Counted from the first letter of the stretch, positions 42,669-53,502 are shown. The stretch is 64,000 nt of DNA from Gemmatimonadota bacterium (GCA_039589315.1 JBDHHQ010000016.1:1-64000); one strand, 5' to 3'. The notes: a model not told the origin generated them from the letters alone. Translations and numbers: made by a program.

Positions 42669-45365
42669 ATGACGGACACGCCCCGGACCTTCTCGGCTTC
42701 ACCCCCCCGGACGTTCACGCGTTTGCTGAGGATCGGGGTGGCCCTCGTCGTGGCGATGGGCCTGGCCTACGGGGCCGCCTCGTTACTCCTCGCCCGCTTC
42801 CTCGACCCGGAGCGCCTGGCAGATTGGATCGAGCCCCGGGCGGCGGCCACGGTGAACCGGGACGTCCAGATCGGCTCCATCCGCGTCGGGCTTCTGCCCG
42901 TGGGCATCCAACTGCGCGACGTCACGGTAGCCGATCCCACTGGGTTGGCGGCGGAGTTGGCGTACGTCGAGGAGGCGCGGCTGCGGGTGAGGCTGCTTCC
43001 GCTCCTCCAACGTCGGGTCGAGGTCGGACAGCTCCGGTTGAGGTCCCCGCGTGTGGCGCTGCGGGCCGCCGCCGACGGCACGTCCAACTACGGCGACCTG
43101 TCCCCACAGAGCCGCGACGCGCCTGACGAGGACGCGGCGCCGGTGCGACTCGACATTCAGGAGATCCTGCTCGAGGACGGCTGGCTCTCGTACAGGTCGG
43201 CAGGCTCCGCGAGTCTCGACCTGACCCGGTTGGACATGGAGGCCTCGGTCCAGGGCGGGCCGGAAGGCTGGCGATTCGAGGGCACGGGTGGCGGCACTCT
43301 GTCGGCGGAGGGCGGCGGCATTCCGCACTTCTCCGGGGTGGAGGCCGCCACGCGCTTCGACGTGACGGCCGACGACGACTTCGGGACCCTGGTGGTCGGC
43401 GAGGCCGCCATCCACCTGGCGGAGGCGGAGCTGGGCCTGTCGGGCCGCATCGAGGGGGTGAAGGACCCGGAGCGCCGGGTGGACCTGGCCGTCCGTGCCG
43501 ATGACCTCCGTCTCGGGCAGTTGCTGGCCGCGCTGCCGGACTCGGTCACCCAGGCGCTACCAGGGCCCGTGGATGCGGGACTGACGGTGAACCTACGCGT
43601 GGTGGGGGCCCTCGGACCCGACGGCCGACCCGACGTTTCTGGCAGCGTGGCGGTGGCCGAGGGCCGGATGGAGGCGTCCGGTGGCGACCCCATCGTCACA
43701 GGGGTGGCGGGAACGTTGGACGTCCGTGGCGACAGCGTGCACGTAGAAGACCTCGCCGGCTTCCTCCTGGACGAGCCGTTCTCGGTGACGGGCGTCATCG
43801 GCCTCGGCGAAGGCCGGCCGTTCGCCCTGAACCTGGTCGGAGGCGTGGATCTGGCCAGGCTCGATGAGCTGTCCGCAGCGGCGGAGCAGTTGGACGCGGC
43901 CGGACGGGCCACGGCCCGCGTGCTCGCCTCCGGCACCGCCGCCGACCCCGACGCGACTCGCCTCGACGGCTCCGTCGACCTCGACGGTGTCCGGGTGGTG
44001 CACCCGGCGCTGGGCGTGCCCGTGGACATCCCGTCCGGCACCGTTCGGCTCGACGGACAGGCGGTACGTCTCCTGGAGCTGCCCGTCGTCCTCGGCCAGG
44101 ACCGGCTGTCGGTCACGGGGGCCGTCCGGGATTGGACCGCCGCCGTGGACACCGCTCGGGTGCCCTACTTCGAGGGCACGGTGGAAGCCGACCATCTCGA
44201 CCTGGCTGCCCTGCGGGCCGAGGAGCCCACGGACACAGCCCTCACCTACGGCCGAGTCGCGTTCGCTCGGGTCGGCGGCCTGTCGGTGGCCGGCCGCTCC
44301 CCCGAGGACGCGGCCCGCGACCTCGAGCTGGCGCGCCCGGATTCGCTTCCCATCGCGGGGCTCGTCCAGGTCCGCATTGGCGTGATCGAGGATCCGCGCT
44401 ACCGGCTGGAGAACGTGCGGGCCCGCGTCGAGCTGGCCCCGGACCTGGTCAGGGTGTCCGAGACCCGGCTGGAGGCGTTCGGCGGTGCCATCGACGCCAC
44501 GGTGGATCTGGCCCTGGGAGTCGAGCAGGACGAGCAGCCCTTCGCGTTCACGCTCTCGGTCCGTGACGTTGCCGCCCCCGGACTCCTGGGTCTGACCACA
44601 CCGTTGGGCCCGTTCGTGGAGGGAACGCTGGGGCTCCAGCTCCAGTTCGCCGGAACACTCGATCGCCTGATGCTGCCCGGGCCCGAGACGCTGGGCGGTC
44701 TCGGCCACATCGCCCTGACGGGCGGCGGCTTCCAGGCGGTTCCGGTATTCCGGGAGCTCGCCCGGTTGTCGGGCTTCCCCGAGTTGACCGCCCCGCGCGT
44801 CCAGGACTGGGACACGCCCTTCGCCTTGCGGAACGGGGCCGTGGTACTCTCCGAGACGACGCTACGGACGGGCTCTACCGAGCTGGTGGTCGGAGGCACG
44901 CTCGGGCTCGGCGGCACGCTGGATCTGAGGGTGGGCATGGACATTCCGGCCGACCGCCTCGATGCCGACGCCCTGGTGAGCGCGGGCTTGGGCCGAGACG
45001 TGCTGGAGCGCCTCCAGGGCAGAGACGAGCCGGTGCGGACCTACTTCGGCATCGGGGGAACCCTTACCGCACCTTCGTTCACGGTCGACGCCACGAGCAC
45101 CGGCCGGGCGGTCACTGAGGCCGTCCAGGAGGAGGCGGAAGCCCAGGTGCAGTCGGAGCTCGAGCGCCAACGCAAGGCCCTCGAGGATCGGGCGCAGGGC
45201 CTCTTCCGCGGACTGCTGGGCGGACGCGACACGGCTCGGGCCGTCCCGCCGGACACGCTCCCGCCGCCCAGCGAGGCCGAGTCGGATTCGGCGCGGCCCG
45301 ACACGGCGAGCGTTCCGGACACGACGACGTCCGACACGACCACGGTGGAGCGGCGTCCTCGTTGA
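42669..45365 (+). CDS. AsmA family protein (bridge-like lipid transfer superfamily)
   Basis: Single N-terminal TM; LRVRLLPLL...PRVAL...DGTSNY (AsmA N-terminus); long beta-rich body; C-terminal IGGTLTAP. Confidence 0.82.
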   Translation: MTDTPRTFSASPPRTFTRLLRIGVALVVAMGLAYGAASLLLARFLDPERLADWIEPRAAATVNRDVQIGSIRVGLLPVGIQLRDVTVADPTGLAAELAYVEEARLRVRLLPLLQRRVEVGQLRLRSPRVALRAAADGTSNYGDLSPQSRDAPDEDAAPVRLDIQEILLEDGWLSYRSAGSASLDLTRLDMEASVQGGPEGWRFEGTGGGTLSAEGGGIPHFSGVEAATRFDVTADDDFGTLVVGEAAIHLAEAELGLSGRIEGVKDPERRVDLAVRADDLRLGQLLAALPDSVTQALPGPVDAGLTVNLRVVGALGPDGRPDVSGSVAVAEGRMEASGGDPIVTGVAGTLDVRGDSVHVEDLAGFLLDEPFSVTGVIGLGEGRPFALNLVGGVDLARLDELSAAAEQLDAAGRATARVLASGTAADPDATRLDGSVDLDGVRVVHPALGVPVDIPSGTVRLDGQAVRLLELPVVLGQDRLSVTGAVRDWTAAVDTARVPYFEGTVEADHLDLAALRAEEPTDTALTYGRVAFARVGGLSVAGRSPEDAARDLELARPDSLPIAGLVQVRIGVIEDPRYRLENVRARVELAPDLVRVSETRLEAFGGAIDATVDLALGVEQDEQPFAFTLSVRDVAAPGLLGLTTPLGPFVEGTLGLQLQFAGTLDRLMLPGPETLGGLGHIALTGGGFQAVPVFRELARLSGFPELTAPRVQDWDTPFALRNGAVVLSETTLRTGSTELVVGGTLGLGGTLDLRVGMDIPADRLDADALVSAGLGRDVLERLQGRDEPVRTYFGIGGTLTAPSFTVDATSTGRAVTEAVQEEAEAQVQSELERQRKALEDRAQGLFRGLLGGRDTARAVPPDTLPPPSEAESDSARPDTASVPDTTTSDTTTVERRPR

Positions 45366-45459
45366 GCGCGGCGAGCTGACGGTCCTACGGACCGGCCGGC
45401 AGCGTGGCAACGAAGATGCTGGGGGAGCCGCTGGACGGGCCCGGGTGACGAGCTCGCCG

Positions 45460-47238
45460 TCAGCAGGACACGCAGTTGTGGTTGTTCTTCGACCCCAGGC
45501 TCTCGAGGAGCGCCACGGTCTCGGGGAAGGGCGAGATCCGCTGGACGGGACCGTTGGCCATGTCGGCGGTGCTCTGCCCGCGCCGGCTCACGGCGGTCAC
45601 GTCGGCACCCTGCTCCACCAGGTAGAGAATCAGCTCGTTGTCGCCGCGGGCCGCCGCGTGGTGGACGGGGTTGTAGCCGTTGTGATCCCGGGCGTTCACG
45701 TCGGCGCCCAGCTCCTCGACCAGGTACTTCACGGCGGGAAGCCAGCCGTGAGGCACGTGCCGGTGGATGTTGGCCGCGAAGCCCTCGCCGTACCCCACGC
45801 CGGAGGCGGCGTGGATGGGCCAGACGCCCGGCCCCCCGACGGGCACGGGAGGAAGACCCGACGGGTCTGCGTCCGGATCGGACTCACCGGTGCTGCCCAG
45901 CCCACCCCGGAAGCGCCGCTCCGGCGTCTTCACGGTCGGGATGTGCGGATCGGCGCCCCGGGCGACCAGGAGCCGCATGGCCTCCATGTCCAGCGCGTAG
46001 GCGGCCCGCCAGAAGGGTGTCGCACCCATGCGGTCCACGCGCAGGTAGTCGTCCCCGAACGTCGTGAACCAGAGCTGCTTCGTGAGCCTGGCGTTGGGGT
46101 CCGCTCCGGCATCGAGCAGGGCCTCCATCAGCTCCAGATACGTCACCTGCTGCTGGGTCGCGTGCGTGGGTTGGGGGTGCCGCGACTTGGGGATCCACTG
46201 CGTGTTCAGGGTGACGTAGAGGGGGGTAGCGCCGGCATCGCTGGTGATCGTGGGATCCGCCCCTCGCTCCAGCAGGAGCTTCGCCAGGTCGAAGTGCCCG
46301 TTGATGGTGGCCATGAGCAGGGGGCTGGTGTGGTCCCCCGCGCCGACACCGTCGAGCTCCGCGCCTCGATCGAGCAGGGCCAGGGCGGTGGCGGTGTGCC
46401 CCTCCCGCACCGCCATGAGCAACGCGGTCAGGCCTCCGTATCCGCCCACCAGCTCGGCGTGGGAGATGGGCTGGGGGACCCGATCCCGCTGCCCCTCGTT
46501 CAGCTCGGCCGTAACGGCCGGGGTGGGCTCCGCGGGTAGCTCGGGGCCGGGCCGGGTACCCTCGCTGGCCACCACGCCGCCCTCCTGCAGCGCCCTCATA
46601 CGCTCTGTCCTGAGCCGCTGGTCCGCCCGGTCCTCCCGGTCCCGGCTGGGAAGGTCCACGACGGTCGCCACGAGGGATGGGTCGGCATCTGCGTCGAGCA
46701 GCGCGTGAACGGCGTCGACCCGGCCCGCCGCGGCGGCGAACATGAGGGGGGTCTGCCCCCAGGCGACCTCGGTGGCGTCTACGGCGGCACCGTGCTCCAA
46801 CAGCGCCTCCACGGCTCCCACGCTCCCGGAGGCCGCGGCGAAGTGGAGGGGCGTGGTGCCGCCGTTGGCGGTCGCGAGGGCAGGGTCCGCCCCGGCCTCC
46901 AGCAGGGCGGTGACGACTGCGGCGTGACCGCCCTTGCTGGCCAGGTGGAGAGGCCGGTAGTCCCCGAGCCGGGTCACCGGCTCCACCTCGGCGCCGGCAT
47001 CGATGAGCAGCGCCGCCAGCTCCGGGTCGCCGTGCTCCGCCGCCCAGTGGAGCGCGGTCATGCCGTCGCCCTGCGCGGCATCCACGTCTTCGCCGGCCTC
47101 GAGCAGGGACCGCACCGCCTGGGCGTCGTCCCGCATGGCGGCATCGGCCACGGGAGCCTCCGGCGGTGCGACGACCCAACCCAGAAGGCCGAGTCCCAGG
47201 GCGCCCAGGACGCCCACACGCAGTCGGGACTTCGTCAT
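45460..47238 (-). CDS. Exported ankyrin repeat protein with terminal CxxC
   Basis: Signal peptide; repeated DGMTALHWAA, GTTPLHFAA, GQTPLMFAA, GYNPVHHAA; ends NNHNCVSC. Confidence 0.9.
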   Translation of the reverse strand: MTKSRLRVGVLGALGLGLLGWVVAPPEAPVADAAMRDDAQAVRSLLEAGEDVDAAQGDGMTALHWAAEHGDPELAALLIDAGAEVEPVTRLGDYRPLHLASKGGHAAVVTALLEAGADPALATANGGTTPLHFAAASGSVGAVEALLEHGAAVDATEVAWGQTPLMFAAAAGRVDAVHALLDADADPSLVATVVDLPSRDREDRADQRLRTERMRALQEGGVVASEGTRPGPELPAEPTPAVTAELNEGQRDRVPQPISHAELVGGYGGLTALLMAVREGHTATALALLDRGAELDGVGAGDHTSPLLMATINGHFDLAKLLLERGADPTITSDAGATPLYVTLNTQWIPKSRHPQPTHATQQQVTYLELMEALLDAGADPNARLTKQLWFTTFGDDYLRVDRMGATPFWRAAYALDMEAMRLLVARGADPHIPTVKTPERRFRGGLGSTGESDPDADPSGLPPVPVGGPGVWPIHAASGVGYGEGFAANIHRHVPHGWLPAVKYLVEELGADVNARDHNGYNPVHHAAARGDNELILYLVEQGADVTAVSRRGQSTADMANGPVQRISPFPETVALLESLGSKNNHNCVSC

Positions 47239-47249
47239 CGCACGCTCTC

Positions 47250-48647
47250 TCAGCCCCTCGACGCTGGCACCGAAAGCGAGAGCTCCCCGGTGCTGTCGCC
47301 GAAGCTCTCCATGTCGTCGAGGCCCAGCTCGTGCATCAGACCGAGCATGACGTTGGCCATGGGCGTCCCGTCGGAGGCCTCGATGTGCACGTTGCCGTGC
47401 AGCTTTCCGTTGGCGCCGCCCAGGACGATGAGCGGACAGCGCCGATGGTTGTGCAGATTGCCGTCGGCCATGGGCGACCCGTACACGATCATGGTCTTGT
47501 CGAGTAGATGGGTGCCGCCCTCGTCGATGCTCTCGAGCTTCTCGAGGAAGTATGGGAGCGTGCTCACGTGGTACTTGTTGAGCTTGTAGAAGTCCAGGAC
47601 CGCCTGCTCTCTCCCGCCGTGGTGAGACGCGGGATGGAACGGGGTGTCGGTGCCACTCTCCGGGTAGACCCTGGACGACGCGTCCCGGCCCAGCTTGAGC
47701 GAGAAGACACGGGTCACGTCCGTGGCGAAGGCGAGAGCCTGCAGGTCGAACATGAGCTTGACGTGCTCGCTGAACGAGTCGGGCACGCCTGCGGGTGCCT
47801 CGGGCAGCTCCCTGGGCTCGCCGCTAGTGTTCCGGGTCTCCACGCTCTGGATGCGCCGCTCGAGCTCGCGAACGTTGTCCAGGTAGCGTTCCAGCCGTTC
47901 GAGGTCGTTGGGACCCAGGGCCATCCTCAGCTCGGCCACGTCCCGGGCGATCCAGTCGAGGATGCTCTTGCTGGTGCGGCGGCGAGCGGCCCGCTCCTCC
48001 GGTGTCCCGCCGGCCCCGAAGAGCTGGTCGAAGGCTACCCGGGGATCCCGGATCATGGGGAGCGGCTCGGTCGGTGAGGCCCAGCTGATCGTGTCCGTGT
48101 AGACGCACGCGTAGCCGTAGGCGCAGCCGCCGGCCTGATCCACGTTCTCGATGCAGAGCTGCATGGAAGGAATGGCGGTGTCCTGGCCGAACCGCTGGGC
48201 ATAGTACTGGTCCATCGAGGTCCCGACCCGAACATCCGAGCTCTCGGTCTGCTTGGGATGGGACTGGGTCAGGAAGACGGCGCTGGAGCGGAAGTGGTCT
48301 CCTCCGATCTCCTTGGGATCCGACGCTTCGGCCATCCGGACGTCCGTGTTGCTCACGATCGTCAGGTAGTCCCGATACGCCTCCAGCGGGCTCAGGGCGC
48401 TGGAGGTGAGGTCGAAGTCACGCCCCACCTGGGCGGGCGCCCACAGGTGCTGGGTGGCGCCCCACTCATTGCTTCCCGCAGCGCCGTGGACCTGCTCGAT
48501 GGCCACGAACCGGGTCCGCTCGAGCTCCTTGCCCGACCAACCGCGCCCCGCAGGGACCATGGCGTCGAGGAACGGCAGCGCGACGGTGGCACCCATGCCC
48601 CGCAGGAAGGTCCGGCGCGGGATGTGTTTTCCCGTTATGAAGTCCAT
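47250..48647 (-). CDS. DUF1552 domain protein with Tat-like N-terminus
   Basis: IPRRTFLRG...LPFLDAM, SMDQ, ISW...P, VRELERRI, HPASHH, YGSPMADGNLH. Confidence 0.88.
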   Translation of the reverse strand: MDFITGKHIPRRTFLRGMGATVALPFLDAMVPAGRGWSGKELERTRFVAIEQVHGAAGSNEWGATQHLWAPAQVGRDFDLTSSALSPLEAYRDYLTIVSNTDVRMAEASDPKEIGGDHFRSSAVFLTQSHPKQTESSDVRVGTSMDQYYAQRFGQDTAIPSMQLCIENVDQAGGCAYGYACVYTDTISWASPTEPLPMIRDPRVAFDQLFGAGGTPEERAARRRTSKSILDWIARDVAELRMALGPNDLERLERYLDNVRELERRIQSVETRNTSGEPRELPEAPAGVPDSFSEHVKLMFDLQALAFATDVTRVFSLKLGRDASSRVYPESGTDTPFHPASHHGGREQAVLDFYKLNKYHVSTLPYFLEKLESIDEGGTHLLDKTMIVYGSPMADGNLHNHRRCPLIVLGGANGKLHGNVHIEASDGTPMANVMLGLMHELGLDDMESFGDSTGELSLSVPASRG

Positions 48648-48778
48648 GGATCTCCGGGTCTCTTCAGGTTCCTGGCTCGATCTCCAGCGGTTTGCCGCAT
48701 CTCGCCGGCTCGGCCTCCGTTCGCCGGCGCCTGGCGTCCGCTCGTCAGTGCATGGCCGTCGTCGTCAGCGTCGAGAGC

Positions 48779-51298
48779 CTACGGTCGCTCGTCCTGATCC
48801 ACGCTCTGGGCAACCATGCCAGCCGTCTGCATCTGGAATGCGTCGCTCTGAACGACGCCGAGGATGAACGACGACATGCGGTATCCGTTCGCTTCGGCGT
48901 CGCGGACGATGGCCCGGAGCTTCGGCTGGTCGTAGTACTCCACTCGACGGCCCAGGGCGTAGGCCATGAGGTTCTCGGCGAACGTCCGGATCAGCGGGAT
49001 CGGGCGCTGGAGCAGCGCCTTCTGAAGGTCCGCCGGGCTCGCCACCGGAGTGCCGTCGTAGAGCTCACCGCGCGTGTCCAGGGGCCTACCGTTCTCGCGA
49101 ATCCGCCACCGGCCCGTAACGTCGAAGTTGTCCAGCGCCAGGCCGATGGGGTCCATGAATCGGTGGCAGGAGCTGCACGTCGGGTTCGCGCGATGCTGCT
49201 CCATCCGCTCCCGGGTGGTCAGGAACCGGCCGTCGGCCGAGCCCTCGGTCTCCTCCAGGTCGGGGACGCCCGGCGGTGGTGGAGGCGGCGGCGTGCCCAG
49301 GAGCACCTCCATGACCCACTTGCCCCGCAGCACGGGCGACGTCCGGCCCGCGTGGGACGTCATGGTCAGGATGCTCCCGTGGCCCAATACGCCGCGGCGG
49401 GTCTCGTCGGGGTACGTCACGCGCCGGAAGTGCTCGCCCGTCACTCCCGGGATGCCGTAGTGCCTGGCGAGTCGCTCGTTCAGGTACGTGTAGTCGGCCT
49501 CGTACAGATCGAGCACGCTTCGGTCGTCGCGCACCAGGCTGTAGAAGAACAGCTCGGTCTCACGGCGCATGGCGTCCGCCAGCTGCTGGTGGAAGTCCGG
49601 CTGGAGCCGCACGTCGGGGTGGATCTTGTCCAGGTCCTGGAGACGGAGCCACTGGGCGGCGAACCGGGTTCCCAACGCCTCGGCCCGGGGGTCTGCCAGC
49701 ATGCGGCGGGTCTGGGCCTCGAGCGCCTCGGGGTCGGACAGCTCTCCCCGGGCCGCCGCCGCCGCCAGCTCGTCGTCGGGTGGGGCCCCCCACAGGAAGA
49801 ACGACAGTCGCACGGCCAGGTCCTCGTCGCCCAGGCGGTAGGTCTCGCCCGCCTCCACCGCGCCGGGCGGCTCCTCGAAGCGGAAGACGAAGTGGGGACT
49901 GGCCAGCATGGCCTCCAGCGCCGTGCGGACGCCCACCTCGAAGCCGCCGTCTGCCGCCCCTTCATCGTAGAACGACATCAGTGCGACGCGGTCGGCGGCG
50001 GTGAGGGGGCGCCGGAACGCCTTGGCCCCCAGCTCCGTGACGATCGCCTGGGCACAGGGCCGCTCCTCGTCCGGTGCCTGGGGTCGGCACGTGAAGATCC
50101 TCTGGCGGCTCGGCGTGTCGGACACTCCGCTCGCCGCGAACGGTCCCCCGACGACCAGATCGCGCAGGTGGGGCAGGGACAGCACACCGTACGTGCCGGC
50201 GATGGCCGTGCTGGCCAACGACCAGTCGTGGGGCGACACCAGGTCCTGCACCGGACCCTCGGACCGTTGGATGAAGGCGGCCGTGACCCTCTGGGGCCCG
50301 GCCCGGACGAGGATCGGCTCCGTGCGCATGTTCACGCCGTCCGGGTCGGACACGTGCATCCACCGGTCCAGGTCCAGGAGGGCCACGCGCTCGCCGTCGA
50401 TGGAGATCTCCACCTGCTCGGGCGTCTCGGCCGTGTGGAGCGCGGATCGGCCGTTCCCTACCACGGTGCCCGTCGTCTCGTGGTGAAACGAGACCCGGAA
50501 GACGTACTCGCCATCGGCGGGGAAGTTGTGGACGACGGACGTCCCGCCTCGCGTGCCGTACGGCGCGCCGTCGACACGCTCCACCTGTGACACCCACCGT
50601 GGAACCCGGTACTGGGTCTCGCTCGGCGTGGCCGCGACGTTGCCCACCGCCAGGCGGCTGATCTCGGCGGCCGCGTTCAAGTAGGCGTCCAGGAGCGTCG
50701 GCGAAACCATCTGGACGTCGGCGATGTTGTCGAAGTTGGCACTCTTCGTGTCCAGCGGCAGGTAGTCACCGGCGTCCACGTCCAGGTCCAGGAGGTCCTT
50801 GATGGAGCGCCGGTATTCGGCCCGGTTGAGTCGTTGGAAGGGCCGTCCACCGGGAATCGGGTTCGCGGCGGCAGCCTCGTCGATCCGGGTCTCCAACAGC
50901 TCCACCAGTGCCTGCAGCGTGTCGCCGCCGGGCCGCGGACTCCTCGGTGGTGGCATCATGGCGGCCCGGAGCTTCCGGATCATCTTCTCCGCGACCGCGG
51001 CGTTCTCGTAGGCCGACGCGGTCTCGAACGCCTCGAGGGACAGGTTCCCGCGGAGACGTCGGTCGTTGTGACACCGCACGCAGTACCGCCGGATCACGGC
51101 GTCCTCCGCCTCGTCAGCCGGCGACTCCGGGTCCTTCCGCCCGGCAGGCGGGAGGCTGGATGCGGATGCGAGAGCGGAAGATCCCGGCAGCGCCGGGTGC
51201 TCGACCACCCCCTGCCAGGCTACATCATGCCTGGAGTCCGGCACCGCCCACACCAGCAGCAGGCAAGCGATGATCAGCGCGGGAGGCAGCGAATTCAT
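48779..51298 (-). CDS. DUF1587/1595/1592/1588/1585 multidomain c-type cytochrome-like protein
   Basis: CVRCH and CSSCH heme motifs; RLNRAEY, AFRRP, LSFFLW, FAAQWL, RTSPVLRGKWV, DPIGLALDNFD. Confidence 0.9.
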   Translation of the reverse strand: MNSLPPALIIACLLLVWAVPDSRHDVAWQGVVEHPALPGSSALASASSLPPAGRKDPESPADEAEDAVIRRYCVRCHNDRRLRGNLSLEAFETASAYENAAVAEKMIRKLRAAMMPPPRSPRPGGDTLQALVELLETRIDEAAAANPIPGGRPFQRLNRAEYRRSIKDLLDLDVDAGDYLPLDTKSANFDNIADVQMVSPTLLDAYLNAAAEISRLAVGNVAATPSETQYRVPRWVSQVERVDGAPYGTRGGTSVVHNFPADGEYVFRVSFHHETTGTVVGNGRSALHTAETPEQVEISIDGERVALLDLDRWMHVSDPDGVNMRTEPILVRAGPQRVTAAFIQRSEGPVQDLVSPHDWSLASTAIAGTYGVLSLPHLRDLVVGGPFAASGVSDTPSRQRIFTCRPQAPDEERPCAQAIVTELGAKAFRRPLTAADRVALMSFYDEGAADGGFEVGVRTALEAMLASPHFVFRFEEPPGAVEAGETYRLGDEDLAVRLSFFLWGAPPDDELAAAAARGELSDPEALEAQTRRMLADPRAEALGTRFAAQWLRLQDLDKIHPDVRLQPDFHQQLADAMRRETELFFYSLVRDDRSVLDLYEADYTYLNERLARHYGIPGVTGEHFRRVTYPDETRRGVLGHGSILTMTSHAGRTSPVLRGKWVMEVLLGTPPPPPPPGVPDLEETEGSADGRFLTTRERMEQHRANPTCSSCHRFMDPIGLALDNFDVTGRWRIRENGRPLDTRGELYDGTPVASPADLQKALLQRPIPLIRTFAENLMAYALGRRVEYYDQPKLRAIVRDAEANGYRMSSFILGVVQSDAFQMQTAGMVAQSVDQDERP

Positions 51299-51591
51299 TT
51301 GTCCCTCTCTTCAGCTCCCCCTGGGCGGTGCGCCCCAACGTTCTGGACGTCGGCGGGTCAGACCGGGCCTGCCGCGGTCCGATCCACCAGACATCCCACA
51401 GAGTACAGCGCTTTCACCTGGACGACCAGAAAAAAGGCCCGGGGTCGGGCAACGCCGGCGTCGCCCCGACGACCTCGAGGGGCGCCCCGCGGAGGGAGGC
51501 GGCGGTCACGTGACGTCCGGGAGCCTGCGGGGGGAGCTCCCCGATCCGAGCGGCTGGAGGGGGTCCGCGCCGTTGGCGCGAGCACACCGCG

Positions 51592-53259
51592 TCAGTTGCC
51601 CCCGCCATCACCTGCCGCCGCCCGCGAGTCCTCGCCCCACCGGAGCACGCGCCCGCTTCGCACGTCCCGGAAGGCCCCATCCTCCACCGCCACCTGCCCG
51701 TTCACGATGACCCACGGGATCCCCTCGGGATACTGGTGAGGATCCTCGAAGGTCGCCTGGTCCAGGACGGTCTCGGGGTCGAAAACGACCACGTCGGCGT
51801 ACCATCCCTCCCTGAGCTCGCCCCGCTCCCTGAGTCCCATCCGCCAGGCGGGCAGCGCCGTCATCTTCCGGACCGCATCCTCCAGGGTGAGGAGGCCCTG
51901 CTCCCGGACGTAGCGAGCCAGGACCCGCGGGAAGGTCCCGTACCAACGCGGATGGGGGTGGCCTTCGCCCGGTTGCGTGAGGCGTCCGTCGGAGCCGATG
52001 GCCGTCCAGGGATGGGCCATGATGCGGGCCACGTCCTGCTCGTCCATGACGTGGTAGATGGCCGAGGCGCCCCCGTTTCGGATCGCCTCGATCACGAGCT
52101 CCGCGCCCGTCTCCGGTGTGGGTGGCAGGCCCTTGTCCATGGCCCAGTCGTGCAGCGTCCGGCCTTCCAGATCCCGCTGCCACTCGACGCGGGCCAGTTG
52201 CACGCGCCGGAGGTCGTTGCCGCCCCGGTCGTTCACGATGTTGAAGACGATTCCGGTCCGGACCGAGTCCCCCAGGACCGGGTCGTCGGCGCGGCGCAGA
52301 AAGGCCGACTCCCCGTCCGCCATGGCCCAGGCAGGCACGAGGATGCCGATTCCCGAGTAGCTGGCAGTATAGGGATATTGATCGATCATGACGTCGGTGC
52401 CGGCGGCCCGCGCCGAGTCCACCATCGCCAGGGTGACGGTGGAAGATCCCCACATTGGCTGGCCCACCACCTTGTGATGGGTGAGGATCACGGGAATGGA
52501 CGCACGCCGGCCGATCTCCAGGGCCTCGGCCACACCCTCCAGCAACCCCAGGCCCTCCTCCCGCAAGTGCGAGGTGTAGATCCCCCCCGCGGCGGCCGCT
52601 GCCTGAGACAGGGCCACCACTTCGTTCACGTCGGAGAAGGCGCCCGGGAGGTATTTGAGACCGGTGGAGATGCCGAAGGCGCCGTCTTCCATGGCCACGG
52701 TCACCATGGACTGCATGCGGGCGAGCTCCTCCGGCGTGGGCGCGCGGTCCTCCAGACCCATGACAGCGCGGCGGATGGTGTTGTGTCCGGTGAGGAACGC
52801 CACGTTCATCCCCACCCCGACCGCTTGGGCCGAATCCAGGTAGGGGCCCATGGGCCAGGCGCCGCCGCCGTCCGGCCCTCCCAGCGCGGTCGTGACGCCC
52901 TGACGCACGTGGCTCTCCGCCGCGGGCAGGCGGAGGAGAGGGTCCAGGTGCGTGTGCAAGTCGACGAACCCGGGGGACACCACCATTCCCGCAGCGTCGA
53001 TCACCCGGTCTGCCTCGTCCGCCGGGATCGGCGTCTCGGAGACTCGCTCGATGCGTTCCCCCCGGAGCAACACGTGGGCTGTCCGGCCGGGAGACCCGGT
53101 ACCGTCCAGGACCAGCCCGCCACGGATCAGGATGGTGGACGGCTGCGAGGTGGTCGCATCGGCCACTGGACCCTCCGAGTCGGCACAGCCGTTGGGGAGC
53201 ACCAGCAGGGCGGCGATCAGCACGGGCGGGAGCAGGCGGGGAGACGGGCGCGGGCGCAT
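51592..53259 (-). CDS. N-acyl-D-amino-acid deacylase (D-aminoacylase) family, probable lipoprotein
   Basis: Lipobox-like PNGC; PGFVDLHTH, SHLRE, THHK, DQYPY, GSDG, HPRWYGTFPR. Confidence 0.88.
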   Translation of the reverse strand: MRPRPSPRLLPPVLIAALLVLPNGCADSEGPVADATTSQPSTILIRGGLVLDGTGSPGRTAHVLLRGERIERVSETPIPADEADRVIDAAGMVVSPGFVDLHTHLDPLLRLPAAESHVRQGVTTALGGPDGGGAWPMGPYLDSAQAVGVGMNVAFLTGHNTIRRAVMGLEDRAPTPEELARMQSMVTVAMEDGAFGISTGLKYLPGAFSDVNEVVALSQAAAAAGGIYTSHLREEGLGLLEGVAEALEIGRRASIPVILTHHKVVGQPMWGSSTVTLAMVDSARAAGTDVMIDQYPYTASYSGIGILVPAWAMADGESAFLRRADDPVLGDSVRTGIVFNIVNDRGGNDLRRVQLARVEWQRDLEGRTLHDWAMDKGLPPTPETGAELVIEAIRNGGASAIYHVMDEQDVARIMAHPWTAIGSDGRLTQPGEGHPHPRWYGTFPRVLARYVREQGLLTLEDAVRKMTALPAWRMGLRERGELREGWYADVVVFDPETVLDQATFEDPHQYPEGIPWVIVNGQVAVEDGAFRDVRSGRVLRWGEDSRAAAGDGGGN

Positions 53260-53502
53260 GCGGCTTCGTCCAGATGAGAGTGGCGGGGCGATTCCGTGGG
53301 CTGAAGCCTACACGAAAGTGGGCAGGGCCGCATCCCGAGGTCCTCGCAGTCGGGATCCGCTTTCCTTGCTCCGAGCCGGGGCCGCGTGGCACAATCATCG
53401 TGCCGGCAGATCACCCTCCCCCACCACCTCGACTCCCTGCGGAGCCGTCGAGCGAAGACGCTCGCCGGCGCCTCGGGGAAAGCGCGCGCCTGGGAGGAAC
53501 TG

